A stretch of DNA of 61,607 nucleotides, filler included, from Bdellovibrionota bacterium (GCA_963169515.1; 5 parts of 5 records of this genome joined end to end with filler, not necessarily neighbours in it); one strand, 5' to 3'. Counted from the first letter of the whole stretch, positions 39,131-49,802 are shown. The notes: generated by a model not told the origin, from the letters alone. Numbers and translations: made by a program.

Positions 39131-40492
39131 CTATACGTCTTTCCCAACAGCTCGTTCCACTGGCCTTTTCAATAGGAAGAAGATGATGCCTGTGATTGCG
39201 CCCATTGCAAAAAGCATTAAAAAGTAATCGCTATGGCTCATTTTTGAATAAAACGTACCAATGTAGCCAGTCATATAGTTGCCAAAGAAACTCGACAAAA
39301 ACCACATACCCATCATTGTAGAAAGAATTGGTTTTGGAGCTACTTTGTTCACCAGTGAAAGCCCGATTGGTGACAAGTATAATTCACCCATTGTGAAAAC
39401 AAATACAGTACCTACAAGCCACATAACATTGGCTTTATCAGTGGAGCCTACCATCACATGAGCTGCAGCAACCATAATGATATAGGCCGCGCCGCAAAGA
39501 ACGCAGCCGATACCCATTTTTACAACGGAAGAGGGTTCAGATTTTTTTGCCGCTTGCTTTGTCCACAGAATATTCAAAACAGGAGCGAACAAAAAAATCA
39601 TAAGTGGGTTGAATGATTGGAACCAAGATGAGGGTATAATACCCCAATGTACTTTTTCGTCAGCCCAAATCTGTAGAGTGTTGCCTTGTTGTTCGTAAAC
39701 GGCCCAAAAAACAATATTGAGGAAGCAAAGAATTCCAAGGGCGACAACCGCGTTCCACTCTTGCTTTGTGAGTGGGCGCTTTTCAGCAACCACCGCGTCT
39801 TTTTTGACATCTGTCTTGGGAACAAGATCGCTACCCAGCCAATAAACCAATACTCCAACCAACATACCTACGCCGGCAGCAGCAAAGCCGTAATGCCATC
39901 CCACTTTTTGCCCAAGAGTTCCGCAAACAAGTGGAGAAAAAAATGCGCCAAGATTAATGCCCATGTAAAAAATTGTATAGGCGCGGTCTTTGCGAGAATC
40001 GCCCTCAGGGTATAAATCACCCACTTGGGTTGAAATATTCGGTTTAAATGCGCCATTACCCAAAATTAAGAACAGCAAAGCTAATAGGAACATTTTTTCC
40101 GAAGCCATCAAGAAATGACCAATCGCCATTAAAAAACCGCCCAAGTAAACGGTACGGTAGCGGCCCAAAACTTTATCTGCGAGCATTCCCCCAAGCAGTG
40201 GGGTAAAATAAACGAATCCAGTGTAGAGACCGTAAATCTGCGAGCTCATTTGTTGGACATTCATTTGGCCGAAAATGCCGATAAGAAACTGTTCCAGGCC
40301 ATTATAACCAAGAACTTCTTGGGCCCTGACCGGGTCGAATAACAAGTATTGGGTCATGTAAAGGACAAGCAGGGATCTCATTCCATAGTATGAAAAACGC
40401 TCCCACATTTCGGTGAAAAACAGAACGAATAGGCCTGATGGATGCCCGAAGTACTCTTTGCCAGTAAATTTTGCGGTAACTGCATTTTTCAT
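39131..40492 (-). CDS. POT/PTR proton-dependent oligopeptide transporter
   Basis: EMWERFSYYG, FYMGINLG, ELYLSPIGLS; ATG 40492 follows a GGGGA RBS. Confidence 0.95.
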   Translation of the reverse strand: MKNAVTAKFTGKEYFGHPSGLFVLFFTEMWERFSYYGMRSLLVLYMTQYLLFDPVRAQEVLGYNGLEQFLIGIFGQMNVQQMSSQIYGLYTGFVYFTPLLGGMLADKVLGRYRTVYLGGFLMAIGHFLMASEKMFLLALLFLILGNGAFKPNISTQVGDLYPEGDSRKDRAYTIFYMGINLGAFFSPLVCGTLGQKVGWHYGFAAAGVGMLVGVLVYWLGSDLVPKTDVKKDAVVAEKRPLTKQEWNAVVALGILCFLNIVFWAVYEQQGNTLQIWADEKVHWGIIPSSWFQSFNPLMIFLFAPVLNILWTKQAAKKSEPSSVVKMGIGCVLCGAAYIIMVAAAHVMVGSTDKANVMWLVGTVFVFTMGELYLSPIGLSLVNKVAPKPILSTMMGMWFLSSFFGNYMTGYIGTFYSKMSHSDYFLMLFAMGAITGIIFFLLKRPVERAVGKDV

Positions 40493-40591
40493 TAATCCCC
40501 ACCTTGTCAGGTTAAAATGTTGTAAGGCCTGACTTTTAATCAACTTCCTGCGCCTGTTCAAGAACACATGTTTAATGACATGGCTTGTCGG

Positions 40592-41266
40592 CTAAGAATA
40601 ACGAGTAGGTATTACGTTATTGTGGACTTTTGCCAAACGATCAAGAGACTGAAAGCCGTCAGCAATTAGAAGTGACCCTATTCCCAGGGCCATTGCGACC
40701 TCACCGTCGTGATCGGTGTCACCAACCAGTATTGTTTTGGTTGGTGAAATTTTTGAAACCTCGATAAGCTCACGTCCACGATCTAATTTGCTAGCAGCCC
40801 GCAGGTCATTGATGCCAAAAACATGGTCGAACAGGTGGTGCACGTCGAAGTGCTTAGCGGCGGCCTCAATTTGCCACTGAATACCGGCAGAGAGCACAGA
40901 CTGGGTTTTGCTCAAGCCGATATCTTCTAAAAAATCACGTATACCGTCATGCAATTGGGCTTCATGTGCACGCACCCCCCAAATGTCTGAATAGCGCTGG
41001 CAAAGATAATCAAAAGAATTTTTTTCGAAGTCAAATCCGATTTTTATGTAAAAGTTTTGTATTGGAAAACAGAATTCCTCCCGATACTGTTGTTGAGAGA
41101 TTCGAGGAAGATCGCATTCCTCCATTAGATCACCAAGCGCTTGCACGCCTTTTTCAAGGTCATTCACTATGGTTCCATTCCAATCCCAAATCACGTGATC
41201 GTAAGGTTTTAGTCGTTCATATAGATCTTGATGGAACTTCCGCATTCTTAATGCCATAGCACCCAC
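40592..41266 (-). CDS. HAD-family phosphatase
   Basis: IWDWNGT, VLSA, K, VGDTDHD. Confidence 0.9.
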   Translation of the reverse strand: MGAMALRMRKFHQDLYERLKPYDHVIWDWNGTIVNDLEKGVQALGDLMEECDLPRISQQQYREEFCFPIQNFYIKIGFDFEKNSFDYLCQRYSDIWGVRAHEAQLHDGIRDFLEDIGLSKTQSVLSAGIQWQIEAAAKHFDVHHLFDHVFGINDLRAASKLDRGRELIEVSKISPTKTILVGDTDHDGEVAMALGIGSLLIADGFQSLDRLAKVHNNVIPTRYS

Positions 41267-41363
41267 TGAAACTGCTGGTCAAAATATAATTTAATATTCA
41301 GCATCCTTCAGTTCGGGTATTCTGTATTAGATACGGCAAAATTAAAATTCGCGGAGGTAATTT

Positions 41364-42641
41364 GTGCAAATGCGTCCTGTTTATATCATTGGTAGCCAAC
41401 GAACACCGTTTGTAAAATCATTCACATATTATACTCGTACCACCAATCAAGATATGCTGACCGAAACATTAAAGAATTTGGTTAATAAGTTTCAGCTTGA
41501 TGGGAAAATTTTAGGAGACATTGCCCTGGGCGCATTGATTAAACGCTCATCTGATTGGAATCTTGCGAGGGAATCGGTTCTGGGAACCTCCCTGCATCCA
41601 AGCACGCCTGCTTATAATGTGCAGAGGGCTTGTGGGACCAGCCTTGATACGTCTTTACAAATTGCATTGAAAATAGCCGCCGGCCAAATTGATGTAGGAA
41701 TTGCGGGTGGCAGTGATACGAATAGCGATTTGCCCGTTATGTTTTCTAGAAAATTTGCATGGAAGCTTTTAGAAGCTCGGGGCGCAAAGGGCGTTGGAGA
41801 TCGAGTGCAAAAATTTTTGAAAATGAATTTCACAGACCTGAAACCTGAATTCCCTGGAGTAATGGAGCCGCGGACAGGTTTGTCGATGGGTCAACACTGT
41901 GAAAAAATGGTGAAGGAATGGCATATCAGTCAACGCGAGCAAGATGAAATCGCTTTAATGAGCCACAAAAATGCAGCAAAAGCACAGGTAGAAGGATTTT
42001 TTGACGATCTCGTTTTTGAATTCAAAGGCCTAAAGAAAGATCCATTGGTTCGAGGGGACACAACGCTTGAAAAAATGGCCAAATTGAAGCCAGCATTTGA
42101 TTTTTCGGGCAATGGAACTCTAACAGCGGCGAACAGTACTCCGCTTACCGACGGTGCGGCCGCGGTTTTAATGTGTTCATCCGAATATGCTCAAAGCAAT
42201 GGTTATAAACCCCTGGCTAAATTTGTCGATGCGCAGTCGGCCGCAGTGGATTTTGTAAATGGTGAAGGTCTACTGATGGCGCCGACGCGAGCCGTATCTG
42301 ATTTGTTGAAACGAAATAATTTGTCGCTGCAAGATTTTGATTATTATGAAATTCACGAGGCCTTTGCTGGCCAGGTAGCCTGCACATTAAGGGCATGGGA
42401 GTCGGCTGAATTTTGTAAGAAAAAATTGGGACGTGACGCGCCTATGGGCAGCATTGATCGCACAAAAATGAATATAAAAGGGGGCAGTGTTGCCATCGGG
42501 CATCCATTTGCGGCTACGGGCGCTCGAATTGTGGGCGGACTTGCGAAAATGTTGTCACAAAAAAAGAATGTGCGTGGATTGATTTCCGTTTGCACTGCTG
42601 GCGGCATGGGTGTTGCAGCTATTTTGGAATCGGTGAATTGA
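41364..42641 (+). CDS. acetyl-CoA C-acyltransferase (thiolase)
   Basis: RACGTS, EIHEAFA, GHPFAATG, CTAGG. Confidence 0.95.
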   Translation: MQMRPVYIIGSQRTPFVKSFTYYTRTTNQDMLTETLKNLVNKFQLDGKILGDIALGALIKRSSDWNLARESVLGTSLHPSTPAYNVQRACGTSLDTSLQIALKIAAGQIDVGIAGGSDTNSDLPVMFSRKFAWKLLEARGAKGVGDRVQKFLKMNFTDLKPEFPGVMEPRTGLSMGQHCEKMVKEWHISQREQDEIALMSHKNAAKAQVEGFFDDLVFEFKGLKKDPLVRGDTTLEKMAKLKPAFDFSGNGTLTAANSTPLTDGAAAVLMCSSEYAQSNGYKPLAKFVDAQSAAVDFVNGEGLLMAPTRAVSDLLKRNNLSLQDFDYYEIHEAFAGQVACTLRAWESAEFCKKKLGRDAPMGSIDRTKMNIKGGSVAIGHPFAATGARIVGGLAKMLSQKKNVRGLISVCTAGGMGVAAILESVN

Positions 42642-43513
42642 TGTCGAATATTGAAACTGTAATTGAACCTCGCAAGCGGGACCTTGGCGGATTTATGGTC
42701 GGGCGGTTGCTGCCCCATGCGCATAAGCGAATGGTCGGGCCGTTCATATTTTTCGACCACATGGGGCCAGCACAATTTAAACCGGGGCAAGGAATGGATG
42801 TTCGACCACATCCACATATTGGCCTATCAACGGTGACCTATTTGTTCGAGGGTGCAATCACCCACCGCGACAGTCTAGGTTACAAACAAGATATATTGCC
42901 GGGTGATATAAATTGGATGACTGCGGGAAGCGGAATTGTCCATTCGGAGCGGACCCCAGAGGAATTGAGAAAGAATGGACATAAAGTGAATGGTTTGCAA
43001 ATCTGGATCGCTCTTCCAAAACATTCAGAAGATATTGCCCCAAGCTTTAATCATTTCCCGGGAAAGAATCTTCCCCTGATTGAAAGCAAGGGGACCAAAA
43101 TTAAATTAATTGCTGGAAAAGCATTTCTGCGGAACTCGCCAGTTCCAGTGTTTAGCCCGCTTTTTTATTTTGAAGTATTTTTAGAGGCTGGAACAAAATT
43201 TCACTTTCAACCAACTACAAATCATGAATCAGGTTTATATCTGTTGAGGGGAAATATGTGTATAGAAGGCAAGACCTATTCGAATTTGGCCATGCCCATT
43301 TGGAAGCCCGGCTCTCCGGTTGACGTTACGGCTGAATCGGATAGCCATTTTGTAGTTTTTGGGGGCGAGCCATTCGAGGAACCGAGAGAGATTTGGTGGA
43401 ACTTTGTTTCAAGCTCAAAAGAAAAGATAGAGGCGGCCAAAGAACGTTGGCGGCAACAAAAATTTTCAAAAATACCAGGGGAAACAGAGTTTATTCCGCT
43501 ACCGAACGAGTAG
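42641..43513 (+). CDS. pirin-family protein
   Basis: GPFIFFDH, HPHIG, HRDS, MTAGSGIVHSE, WWNFV; TGATG coupling to the thiolase. Confidence 0.95.
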   Translation: MSNIETVIEPRKRDLGGFMVGRLLPHAHKRMVGPFIFFDHMGPAQFKPGQGMDVRPHPHIGLSTVTYLFEGAITHRDSLGYKQDILPGDINWMTAGSGIVHSERTPEELRKNGHKVNGLQIWIALPKHSEDIAPSFNHFPGKNLPLIESKGTKIKLIAGKAFLRNSPVPVFSPLFYFEVFLEAGTKFHFQPTTNHESGLYLLRGNMCIEGKTYSNLAMPIWKPGSPVDVTAESDSHFVVFGGEPFEEPREIWWNFVSSSKEKIEAAKERWRQQKFSKIPGETEFIPLPNE

Positions 43514-43550
43514 AAATGTGAAAAAAATATTTGAAACGAAACGACTTTTT

Positions 43551-43650
43551 NNNNNNNNNNNNNNNNNNNNNNNNNNNNNNNNNNNNNNNNNNNNTTAATT
43601 AATTAANNNNNNNNNNNNNNNNNNNNNNNNNNNNNNNNNNNNNNNNNNNN
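43551..43650. other. artificial contig linker
   Basis: N44-TTAATTAATTAA-N44. Confidence 0.98.
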
Positions 43651-43706
43651 AACCCGCGACAACCGGAATCACAATCCGGGGCTCTACCAGCTGAGCTACG
43701 ACCGCC
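43651..43706 (-). tRNA. tRNA-His (GTG), 3' end cut by contig edge
   Basis: GGCGGTCG-TAGCTCAGCTGGTAGAGC-C-CCGGA-TTGTGAT-TCCGG-TTGTC-GCGGGTT; G-1 encoded. Confidence 0.92.
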
Positions 43707-43802
43707 ACAAGCGTAACATATAAACAGAGACGTAAAATTAATATTTAAAATTGCCATTTTCAAGAATTAGGTGCCCGCATATGCTATGGCCCGACGCATC
43801 AG

Positions 43803-45011
43803 TTATGTCTCAAGCTGAATGTCATCTTTCACCTTGGTTTCGGGTTCAACTAATTCCGGTAACTCTTCCCGATCATTCAGACCAATCTCTTTTAACCGCT
43901 TCACTGATGGCAAAACCCGACTTTCGAGCGACCCCAAAGACTCGTTGTAGGCCTTCACAGCACCTTCCAACTGACCACCCACACGGCTTAAATGTTTCAG
44001 CCACGGGGTCAATCGATCATAGAATTCCTTTGCGTATTGTAAGACACTTTGTGCATTTTCAGCCATTTGATTGTGTTGCCAACCATAGTAAATCGCTTTC
44101 AATAACGCGACTAATGTCGTTGGCGTCGCAATCACAACCTTTTCTTGCAAAGCATCTTCGATCAACGCTTTATCAATACCAACAGCGGCACCCAAAAGCG
44201 CTTCGTTTGGAACAAATAAGACGACAAACTCTGCAGAGCCGCTGAACTGCTCCCAATAGCTTTTTCGTGCTAAATCTTGAACACGCATTCTTAAATTTTT
44301 TGCGTGCCTTTGCAACGCCGCCTGTTTTTGTTCTGGATTTTCTGTCTCAACAGCATCCAAAAAAGCATCCAACACAGCCTTTGAATCGACAATGACACAC
44401 CTGTTATTTGGCAAACGGACTACCAGGTCGGGTTTTTGTAAATTTTTATCAGCATCACGAACACCCACTTGTTCCTCAAAATCACAATAGGCACTCATTC
44501 CCGCAAGTTCCACGACGCGCTTTAATTGAATCTCCCCCCAACTGCCACGGACCTCAGGACGGCGCAGGGCTTTTGATAACGATGAAGCCTCGTGCTTTAA
44601 CCTTTCACTCGTTTGGGCGACCAACAAGAGCTGCTCGGAAATTCTGCCAAACTGCTCGCTGCGGTGTTTTTCTACTTTATCAATTCCCAATTCCAATTTT
44701 GACATCGTTTCTTTTACAGGGGCTAGAATTTTTGAAATTTCCAAAAGCTTCTCTTGCATTTGTGCAGAGCCTTGGACGTTTTTTTTCTCTAATCGTTCCT
44801 CGGCCAGCCGCAGGAATGATTCGCTTTGTGATTGCAAGGTCTCGGATGCCAATGCTTTAAATGTTTTTTCAATCTGATCTTGGGATGTTTTTGTAAATTC
44901 TTTTTGATCAGCGACTGCCTTTTCCAAAACCTTGCATTGCTCAGTCTTTCGGACAAGCATAACCAAAGCACCAACAAACAACACCCAACCTGCGACCAAT
45001 GCGTAAATCAT
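43803..45011 (-). CDS. rmuC: DNA recombination protein RmuC
   Basis: RGSWGE, PDLVVRLP, IVDSK, FVVLFVPNE, ATPTTL. Confidence 0.93.
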   Translation of the reverse strand: MIYALVAGWVLFVGALVMLVRKTEQCKVLEKAVADQKEFTKTSQDQIEKTFKALASETLQSQSESFLRLAEERLEKKNVQGSAQMQEKLLEISKILAPVKETMSKLELGIDKVEKHRSEQFGRISEQLLLVAQTSERLKHEASSLSKALRRPEVRGSWGEIQLKRVVELAGMSAYCDFEEQVGVRDADKNLQKPDLVVRLPNNRCVIVDSKAVLDAFLDAVETENPEQKQAALQRHAKNLRMRVQDLARKSYWEQFSGSAEFVVLFVPNEALLGAAVGIDKALIEDALQEKVVIATPTTLVALLKAIYYGWQHNQMAENAQSVLQYAKEFYDRLTPWLKHLSRVGGQLEGAVKAYNESLGSLESRVLPSVKRLKEIGLNDREELPELVEPETKVKDDIQLET

Positions 45012-46663
45012 TCCCCCACCTCGCTCAATAACGCTTTTAGCTGACCATAATATCTATGGGTTCGAATCTGGGTTGAATTTGGCAGAACAATTTTTGAAAG
45101 TGTGTCAACAATGGTCTTTTTAGCAATATTCATCTTATTCATTTTCATTTCTAATTTGGCCTTTAAAGTGGCTGCGCGAATTAAATTATCCCCATATGCA
45201 TTTGTGTAAGCCGTCTTCACATATTTGTAAGCATCACCCAACTGATTCAAATCCATCAAAGCCCGGGCAAAATTATAGCTGAAGACAAATTCACCATGAT
45301 AGGTTTGCGCCATTGTTTTATACAAATCTTTCGCCTTCTGAGTTTCGCCACTTTTAAGCAAACAATAAGCACGCTCAAGATTCACTCCCCGGGCGACCTT
45401 CAGAGGAGATTTTGCAGACAATGGCTCATAATAGGCTGCGCAACGAGCATATTTTTCTTTTGCTTTACCAGGCTGACCAATCGCCTCAAAGATTTCCGCC
45501 TGTATCGTTCGCAGATCTGCTTCATTGGGGTCTTCGAAATCTATCTTATCTGATCCGGCCCAGGTCGATACATTTTTTTCGACCATATCGACGTATTTGC
45601 TTCCCTTGTCTTTATCAAGTTCAATCAAATTTAGAACCCATGACGCAAATTCAATTTCCTCTGGATATTTTGCAATTAGATCTTCGTACGCAGCGATAAG
45701 TTTTACCCTGTCGTCGGCAACTTTTGCCAATTCAATTTCAGCCATCGCTTTTGTCTTCATTGCTTTTGGCAGATTAATATTTTCTAAATAAGAAACAGCC
45801 TGTTCATATTCCCCTCGTTCAAAGTAGTGCAAACCCACCCTCAAACGGCGCTTTGTATTTTGTTCTTTTTCTGCTTCGACTGGATTCTTATCAAAAGCGC
45901 GAATTTTTGTTTCTGCAAGGTTGATGGGTTCGCCCTGAACGTCCATTGCCTGATCAAGCCATGCGTCAACGGCCTTCAGGGGGCGATATCCAACCAAACG
46001 ATCAATTTCATTTAACTCACTATCCGTAACAACCGTCGTGGGGTAGCCGCCAATTTTAAACTTTTCTTTTAGTTCCCACGATATATCAGAATCCGCATCG
46101 AGCTTTAATTTTATATAGGATTTTGTTTTGTCTTTAAATTCTTTTTCGTTGAACACATATTCTTCGAACATATTGCAGTACGGACACCACTGCGTGCTGA
46201 AATAAATATATAAAGACTTTTTCTGTCGCTTCGCCTGTGCCAATGCAGCTTTGGGATCGTTTGAGAAAAAGCCTGCGGGGGTCTGACGCTCACCCTTTGG
46301 AACATACATCATTGTTTCTCGGCTTGATTTGGTCAGGGATGATTTTTTGAAATTCTTAGGCCCAGAAACTTCGACTTGAAATTTTTCAGGTTTACAGAAG
46401 CTCTCTTTATCATCGCAAACATAAAGCGTAACTTTCTGTGGGCCAGTCGAACGAAATCGGCACGTGATTTCCATGGCCGTTGTTTCGACAACACTATCTT
46501 GACCGCATTGCTGTGGCGATTTGATATTGAAATGATAATTTGTAAGGGGTTTAAACTTTACCGCCTCGTTTACAACAATAATTTGATCGTTTCTTATTAC
46601 CAAAGATTGTGTTGGAATTTGTACGGCCAACACAAACTGAAAAAGAATAAATAAAAAAATCAC
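45008..46663 (-). CDS. secreted thioredoxin-domain protein with TPR-like C-terminus
   Basis: Signal peptide, WCPYC, GYPT cis-Pro, helical repeats. Confidence 0.82.
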   Translation of the reverse strand: MIFLFILFQFVLAVQIPTQSLVIRNDQIIVVNEAVKFKPLTNYHFNIKSPQQCGQDSVVETTAMEITCRFRSTGPQKVTLYVCDDKESFCKPEKFQVEVSGPKNFKKSSLTKSSRETMMYVPKGERQTPAGFFSNDPKAALAQAKRQKKSLYIYFSTQWCPYCNMFEEYVFNEKEFKDKTKSYIKLKLDADSDISWELKEKFKIGGYPTTVVTDSELNEIDRLVGYRPLKAVDAWLDQAMDVQGEPINLAETKIRAFDKNPVEAEKEQNTKRRLRVGLHYFERGEYEQAVSYLENINLPKAMKTKAMAEIELAKVADDRVKLIAAYEDLIAKYPEEIEFASWVLNLIELDKDKGSKYVDMVEKNVSTWAGSDKIDFEDPNEADLRTIQAEIFEAIGQPGKAKEKYARCAAYYEPLSAKSPLKVARGVNLERAYCLLKSGETQKAKDLYKTMAQTYHGEFVFSYNFARALMDLNQLGDAYKYVKTAYTNAYGDNLIRAATLKAKLEMKMNKMNIAKKTIVDTLSKIVLPNSTQIRTHRYYGQLKALLSEVGE

Positions 46664-47424
46664 GATCCCCCCTTTTTTTCAAGTTCCCGTAGTTTTGCAA
46701 ACTTGAGAAACACAGAATAACTTGCCCCCACAGAAATAATAAACCCGGGCATACCATCTAAAAAACCACGTTTAAACAAATAGGTTTCAAAAAATTTTGA
46801 TATTGGTTTCAAAACGAGCTTCAAAAAAGAAAATTTCTTGCCCCTTTGATGCAGATCCATTGCCCCCAGGGTTGAATACCTGTTATTGGCGTCAACCTGA
46901 TCTGCTAGGCTGTCAAAAACATGATGAAGAATCTCACCCCGCAATCGCTTTACCGTCTTTGTGTCAACGCGCTCGTGAACATTGCCGCCAGTCCATTTGC
47001 CGCGGGTTTTATCAAACAAACGCAGTTGATAATCCGGATACCACCCCCCGTGCAAAATCCACTGTCCCATGTGGTAACTTTTGCGTGGCATTTCGTACCC
47101 ATCAAAACGGGAAACCCCATTTTGGAATAAACGCTCAATTTCTTGTGCAAGGTCTGGGCTTAATACTTCATCAGCATCTAGCGATAAAACCCAATTGTTT
47201 TTTGCAAGGTCGGTGGCATACTGCTTCTGTCCGCGATAGCCCCGGAATTTTTCCACAACGACTGTTGCGCCCATCTTTTTGGCGATTTCTACGGTGCGGT
47301 CCTGGCTGCCACTATCCACAACCACTATTTCCGAAGCCCATGGGCAGCTTTCTATGCAGCGCCCTATCTTGGATTCTTCATTCATGGTTATGATAGCTAG
47401 AGTTACCGGTAATCTATTCCCCAT
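46660..47424 (-). CDS. GT2 glycosyltransferase (WaaE/KdtX/LgtF-like)
   Basis: VVDSGSQDRT, LSLDADE, WYPD, VHE, GFLDG. Confidence 0.9.
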   Translation of the reverse strand: MGNRLPVTLAIITMNEESKIGRCIESCPWASEIVVVDSGSQDRTVEIAKKMGATVVVEKFRGYRGQKQYATDLAKNNWVLSLDADEVLSPDLAQEIERLFQNGVSRFDGYEMPRKSYHMGQWILHGGWYPDYQLRLFDKTRGKWTGGNVHERVDTKTVKRLRGEILHHVFDSLADQVDANNRYSTLGAMDLHQRGKKFSFLKLVLKPISKFFETYLFKRGFLDGMPGFIISVGASYSVFLKFAKLRELEKKGGS

Positions 47425-47509
47425 TAAGGTAAATTCCCCGTACTATAATGCCCTGTCAAGAATCTTTAAGTTTTGATTTTTGAAGAAAAAGCACTTAGGA
47501 TTTGAGCCT

Positions 47510-48124
47510 ATGAAACGGATTGCTTTATTAACCGCATTATTACTTACAAACCCGGCATATGCCTTTTATTCGACACTTGATAACGGGAATATACTAAAAG
47601 CGGGCCAGTATCAGTTATTGTTAGCGCCCCAATTTATTTTGAGCAATGACACAGGTGTAAACATATCTGGCCGGTTTGATTTTGGTTTTGACGAAAGCTC
47701 AAATTTTCGAACCATCGTAGGCACGGGAACAACAAATTTCTTTGCTGGTGTCATGTACAAGTGGATTCCAATTCCTGATTTTGAAAGCCAACCAGCTATT
47801 GGGTTATTAGGTGGTATTATTTATGGTGTCATTAACAACAACAGCGCTTTGGGGGCGCGGATTCACCCGCTTATCAGCAAAAAGTTTGATACTGATGCTG
47901 GGGAACTCACCCCGTATGGCGCAATTCCTTTTGGCTTCCAAACGGCAAACGACGAAACCACGTTTCCGATTCATCTAACTTTAGGGACTGAATACAAGCC
48001 CGTTGGATTCAAAAACATAAGCTTCATGACCGAGGTTGGGTTTAATCTGCATGAAGCATTTAACTACATCACACTGGCGGCTGTGCTCCAGTTTGACGAA
48101 AATGCCGGCCTCAAAATCGAATAG
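47510..48124 (+). CDS. putative outer-membrane beta-barrel protein
   Basis: Signal peptide ending AYA; alternating amphipathic strands. Confidence 0.65.
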   Translation: MKRIALLTALLLTNPAYAFYSTLDNGNILKAGQYQLLLAPQFILSNDTGVNISGRFDFGFDESSNFRTIVGTGTTNFFAGVMYKWIPIPDFESQPAIGLLGGIIYGVINNNSALGARIHPLISKKFDTDAGELTPYGAIPFGFQTANDETTFPIHLTLGTEYKPVGFKNISFMTEVGFNLHEAFNYITLAAVLQFDENAGLKIE

Positions 48125-48127
48125 AGA

Positions 48128-49744
48128 TTAAGGCTCTCCTCTTCCACCTTTTGGCCAATCTGAAGGCTTATATGGTCTTGCTGTTTGATCTTGCGAACAT
48201 TTTTGCAAACCCTCAACCAGTTTGTTGTGGCTGTCCGCATATTGGCTATCTGTCGGTGAAAATGCAGCTACGGTTGCACGGCCGCTGGAAGGGTTTTTAA
48301 TTTTGTGAAGCTTATAGCCTGGCTTTAGCAGCTTTCCATCGGAAGACATCGGCCTTGCAGCGGGATCCCATTCGTGTGTGATATGAAGTGCGTCGTCATA
48401 CGAAACACCCTCTAAGATATCACGACCCTGCTTTAATTGAATTCCCGCATCGCATTTTGCCCAACCGGTTGCATCCCTGAAATTCATTTTTTTGATTTTT
48501 CCATTTACATCGATGCTTTCATAACCACTACCCCGGTTGCCTCGCATAGCCTTATTAAATGTTTCTTGCATTGCAGTCGGGTTATCCAGATTTCCACAAA
48601 ATGCTTTGTCGGCGTCGCTTGGCCGCATTCCAAAAGCCTTTTCAAACGCAAAATCGCTTGAAGTATTGCCACGGCCTTTTCTTGTTTTTCTCATCCACGC
48701 ATCTTCAAAATCGGTTGCTTCAGTGGCAACGCCCGGGCGGATTTTCAGCTCTGGCTGGGAACAATATCCCAAACTCGAAAGGGCTTTTATTTGAAAATCT
48801 TGGACACTGGCCTGGTCGAGCAGCTTACCTTTTTGAGCCTTACATCTGTGTGCCATAACCGTTAATAAATTCATATAACGAGCATCTGGTTCTGGCATTT
48901 TTAGATCTTCAGTTAGCACGCATGAAATACAGTTCGGTTCTTTTGCACAGTCTTTCGCAACCACTACAGGCGGTTCATTGACCGCTGGCGCAGGTTTTTC
49001 GATCAGGCCTGCAACGTGGCCGATAAGTTTTTGAATTGCTTTGCACTCGCTTCTTTGTCTTGTAATTTTATTTGCAAGCTCACCATCTTTTCCAGGCGCA
49101 TAACAAAATTGATTAAACGGCAGTTGTCCTTGCTCTGCCCTTTCGGCAAAGTCTTTTAAACCTGCCGCTATTTTATCAATTTTTTCTTTATCCAGCTTAC
49201 CCGCAGCTTTAAGATTATCGATTAGGGGAATTACGTTATCAATACAACGCTTTGTTAAGCTTGCAAGGGTCTCATCCGGCGGAGTATTTTTCGGGACACA
49301 AACTGTGCTCTCTAGGCCATATACGTTACATGAAAATCCTTGAACTTTTTTGCCTGCACGTGAAACGGCCTGACAGGCTTTGCCCGCTGGCGCTGGACAT
49401 TTTGGACCTGCGCTGGTTTTGACAACGGTGCTTTTATGTCCGCCGTACAAACACATTTGCCCCGGAACAAAATCAGTCAGAGTGTCTGCAGCCTCTGCCG
49501 ATGAAAATTTTAAGAAAAACGGCGGGCCAGTTTTTGCAACGACGTCCTCATGTGGGCCCTGCAGGGCTTCGATGCTGTACATGATCTGGTTAACAAGCTT
49601 TATGTACTCAACCTGCTGCTCGAGGTTCATGGACTTAAATTTCGTAGGACTGATTACAATAGATTTCAAATCCATAGATGCTGCCTTTGAATTTGAAACA
49701 ACAAATACAATCAAAAAAGACAAAAGAAATTTTATCATTTTCAT
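48128..49744 (-). CDS. large Cys-rich secreted hypothetical protein
   Basis: Signal peptide, many Cys, AGGAG RBS. Confidence 0.8.
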   Translation of the reverse strand: MKMIKFLLSFLIVFVVSNSKAASMDLKSIVISPTKFKSMNLEQQVEYIKLVNQIMYSIEALQGPHEDVVAKTGPPFFLKFSSAEAADTLTDFVPGQMCLYGGHKSTVVKTSAGPKCPAPAGKACQAVSRAGKKVQGFSCNVYGLESTVCVPKNTPPDETLASLTKRCIDNVIPLIDNLKAAGKLDKEKIDKIAAGLKDFAERAEQGQLPFNQFCYAPGKDGELANKITRQRSECKAIQKLIGHVAGLIEKPAPAVNEPPVVVAKDCAKEPNCISCVLTEDLKMPEPDARYMNLLTVMAHRCKAQKGKLLDQASVQDFQIKALSSLGYCSQPELKIRPGVATEATDFEDAWMRKTRKGRGNTSSDFAFEKAFGMRPSDADKAFCGNLDNPTAMQETFNKAMRGNRGSGYESIDVNGKIKKMNFRDATGWAKCDAGIQLKQGRDILEGVSYDDALHITHEWDPAARPMSSDGKLLKPGYKLHKIKNPSSGRATVAAFSPTDSQYADSHNKLVEGLQKCSQDQTARPYKPSDWPKGGRGEP

Positions 49745-49802
49745 GCTTACACTCCTGTATCTACACAGGAATATTTTAATTTGAAATGATCAGATTGTTG
49801 TC

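Noticed and set aside
42353..47393. Long alternative-frame ORFs (42353..42817, 43751..44245, 44408..44860, 46797..47393)
   Set aside because: Antisense shadows of well-supported genes with no motifs; the same applies to most short ORFs in the track
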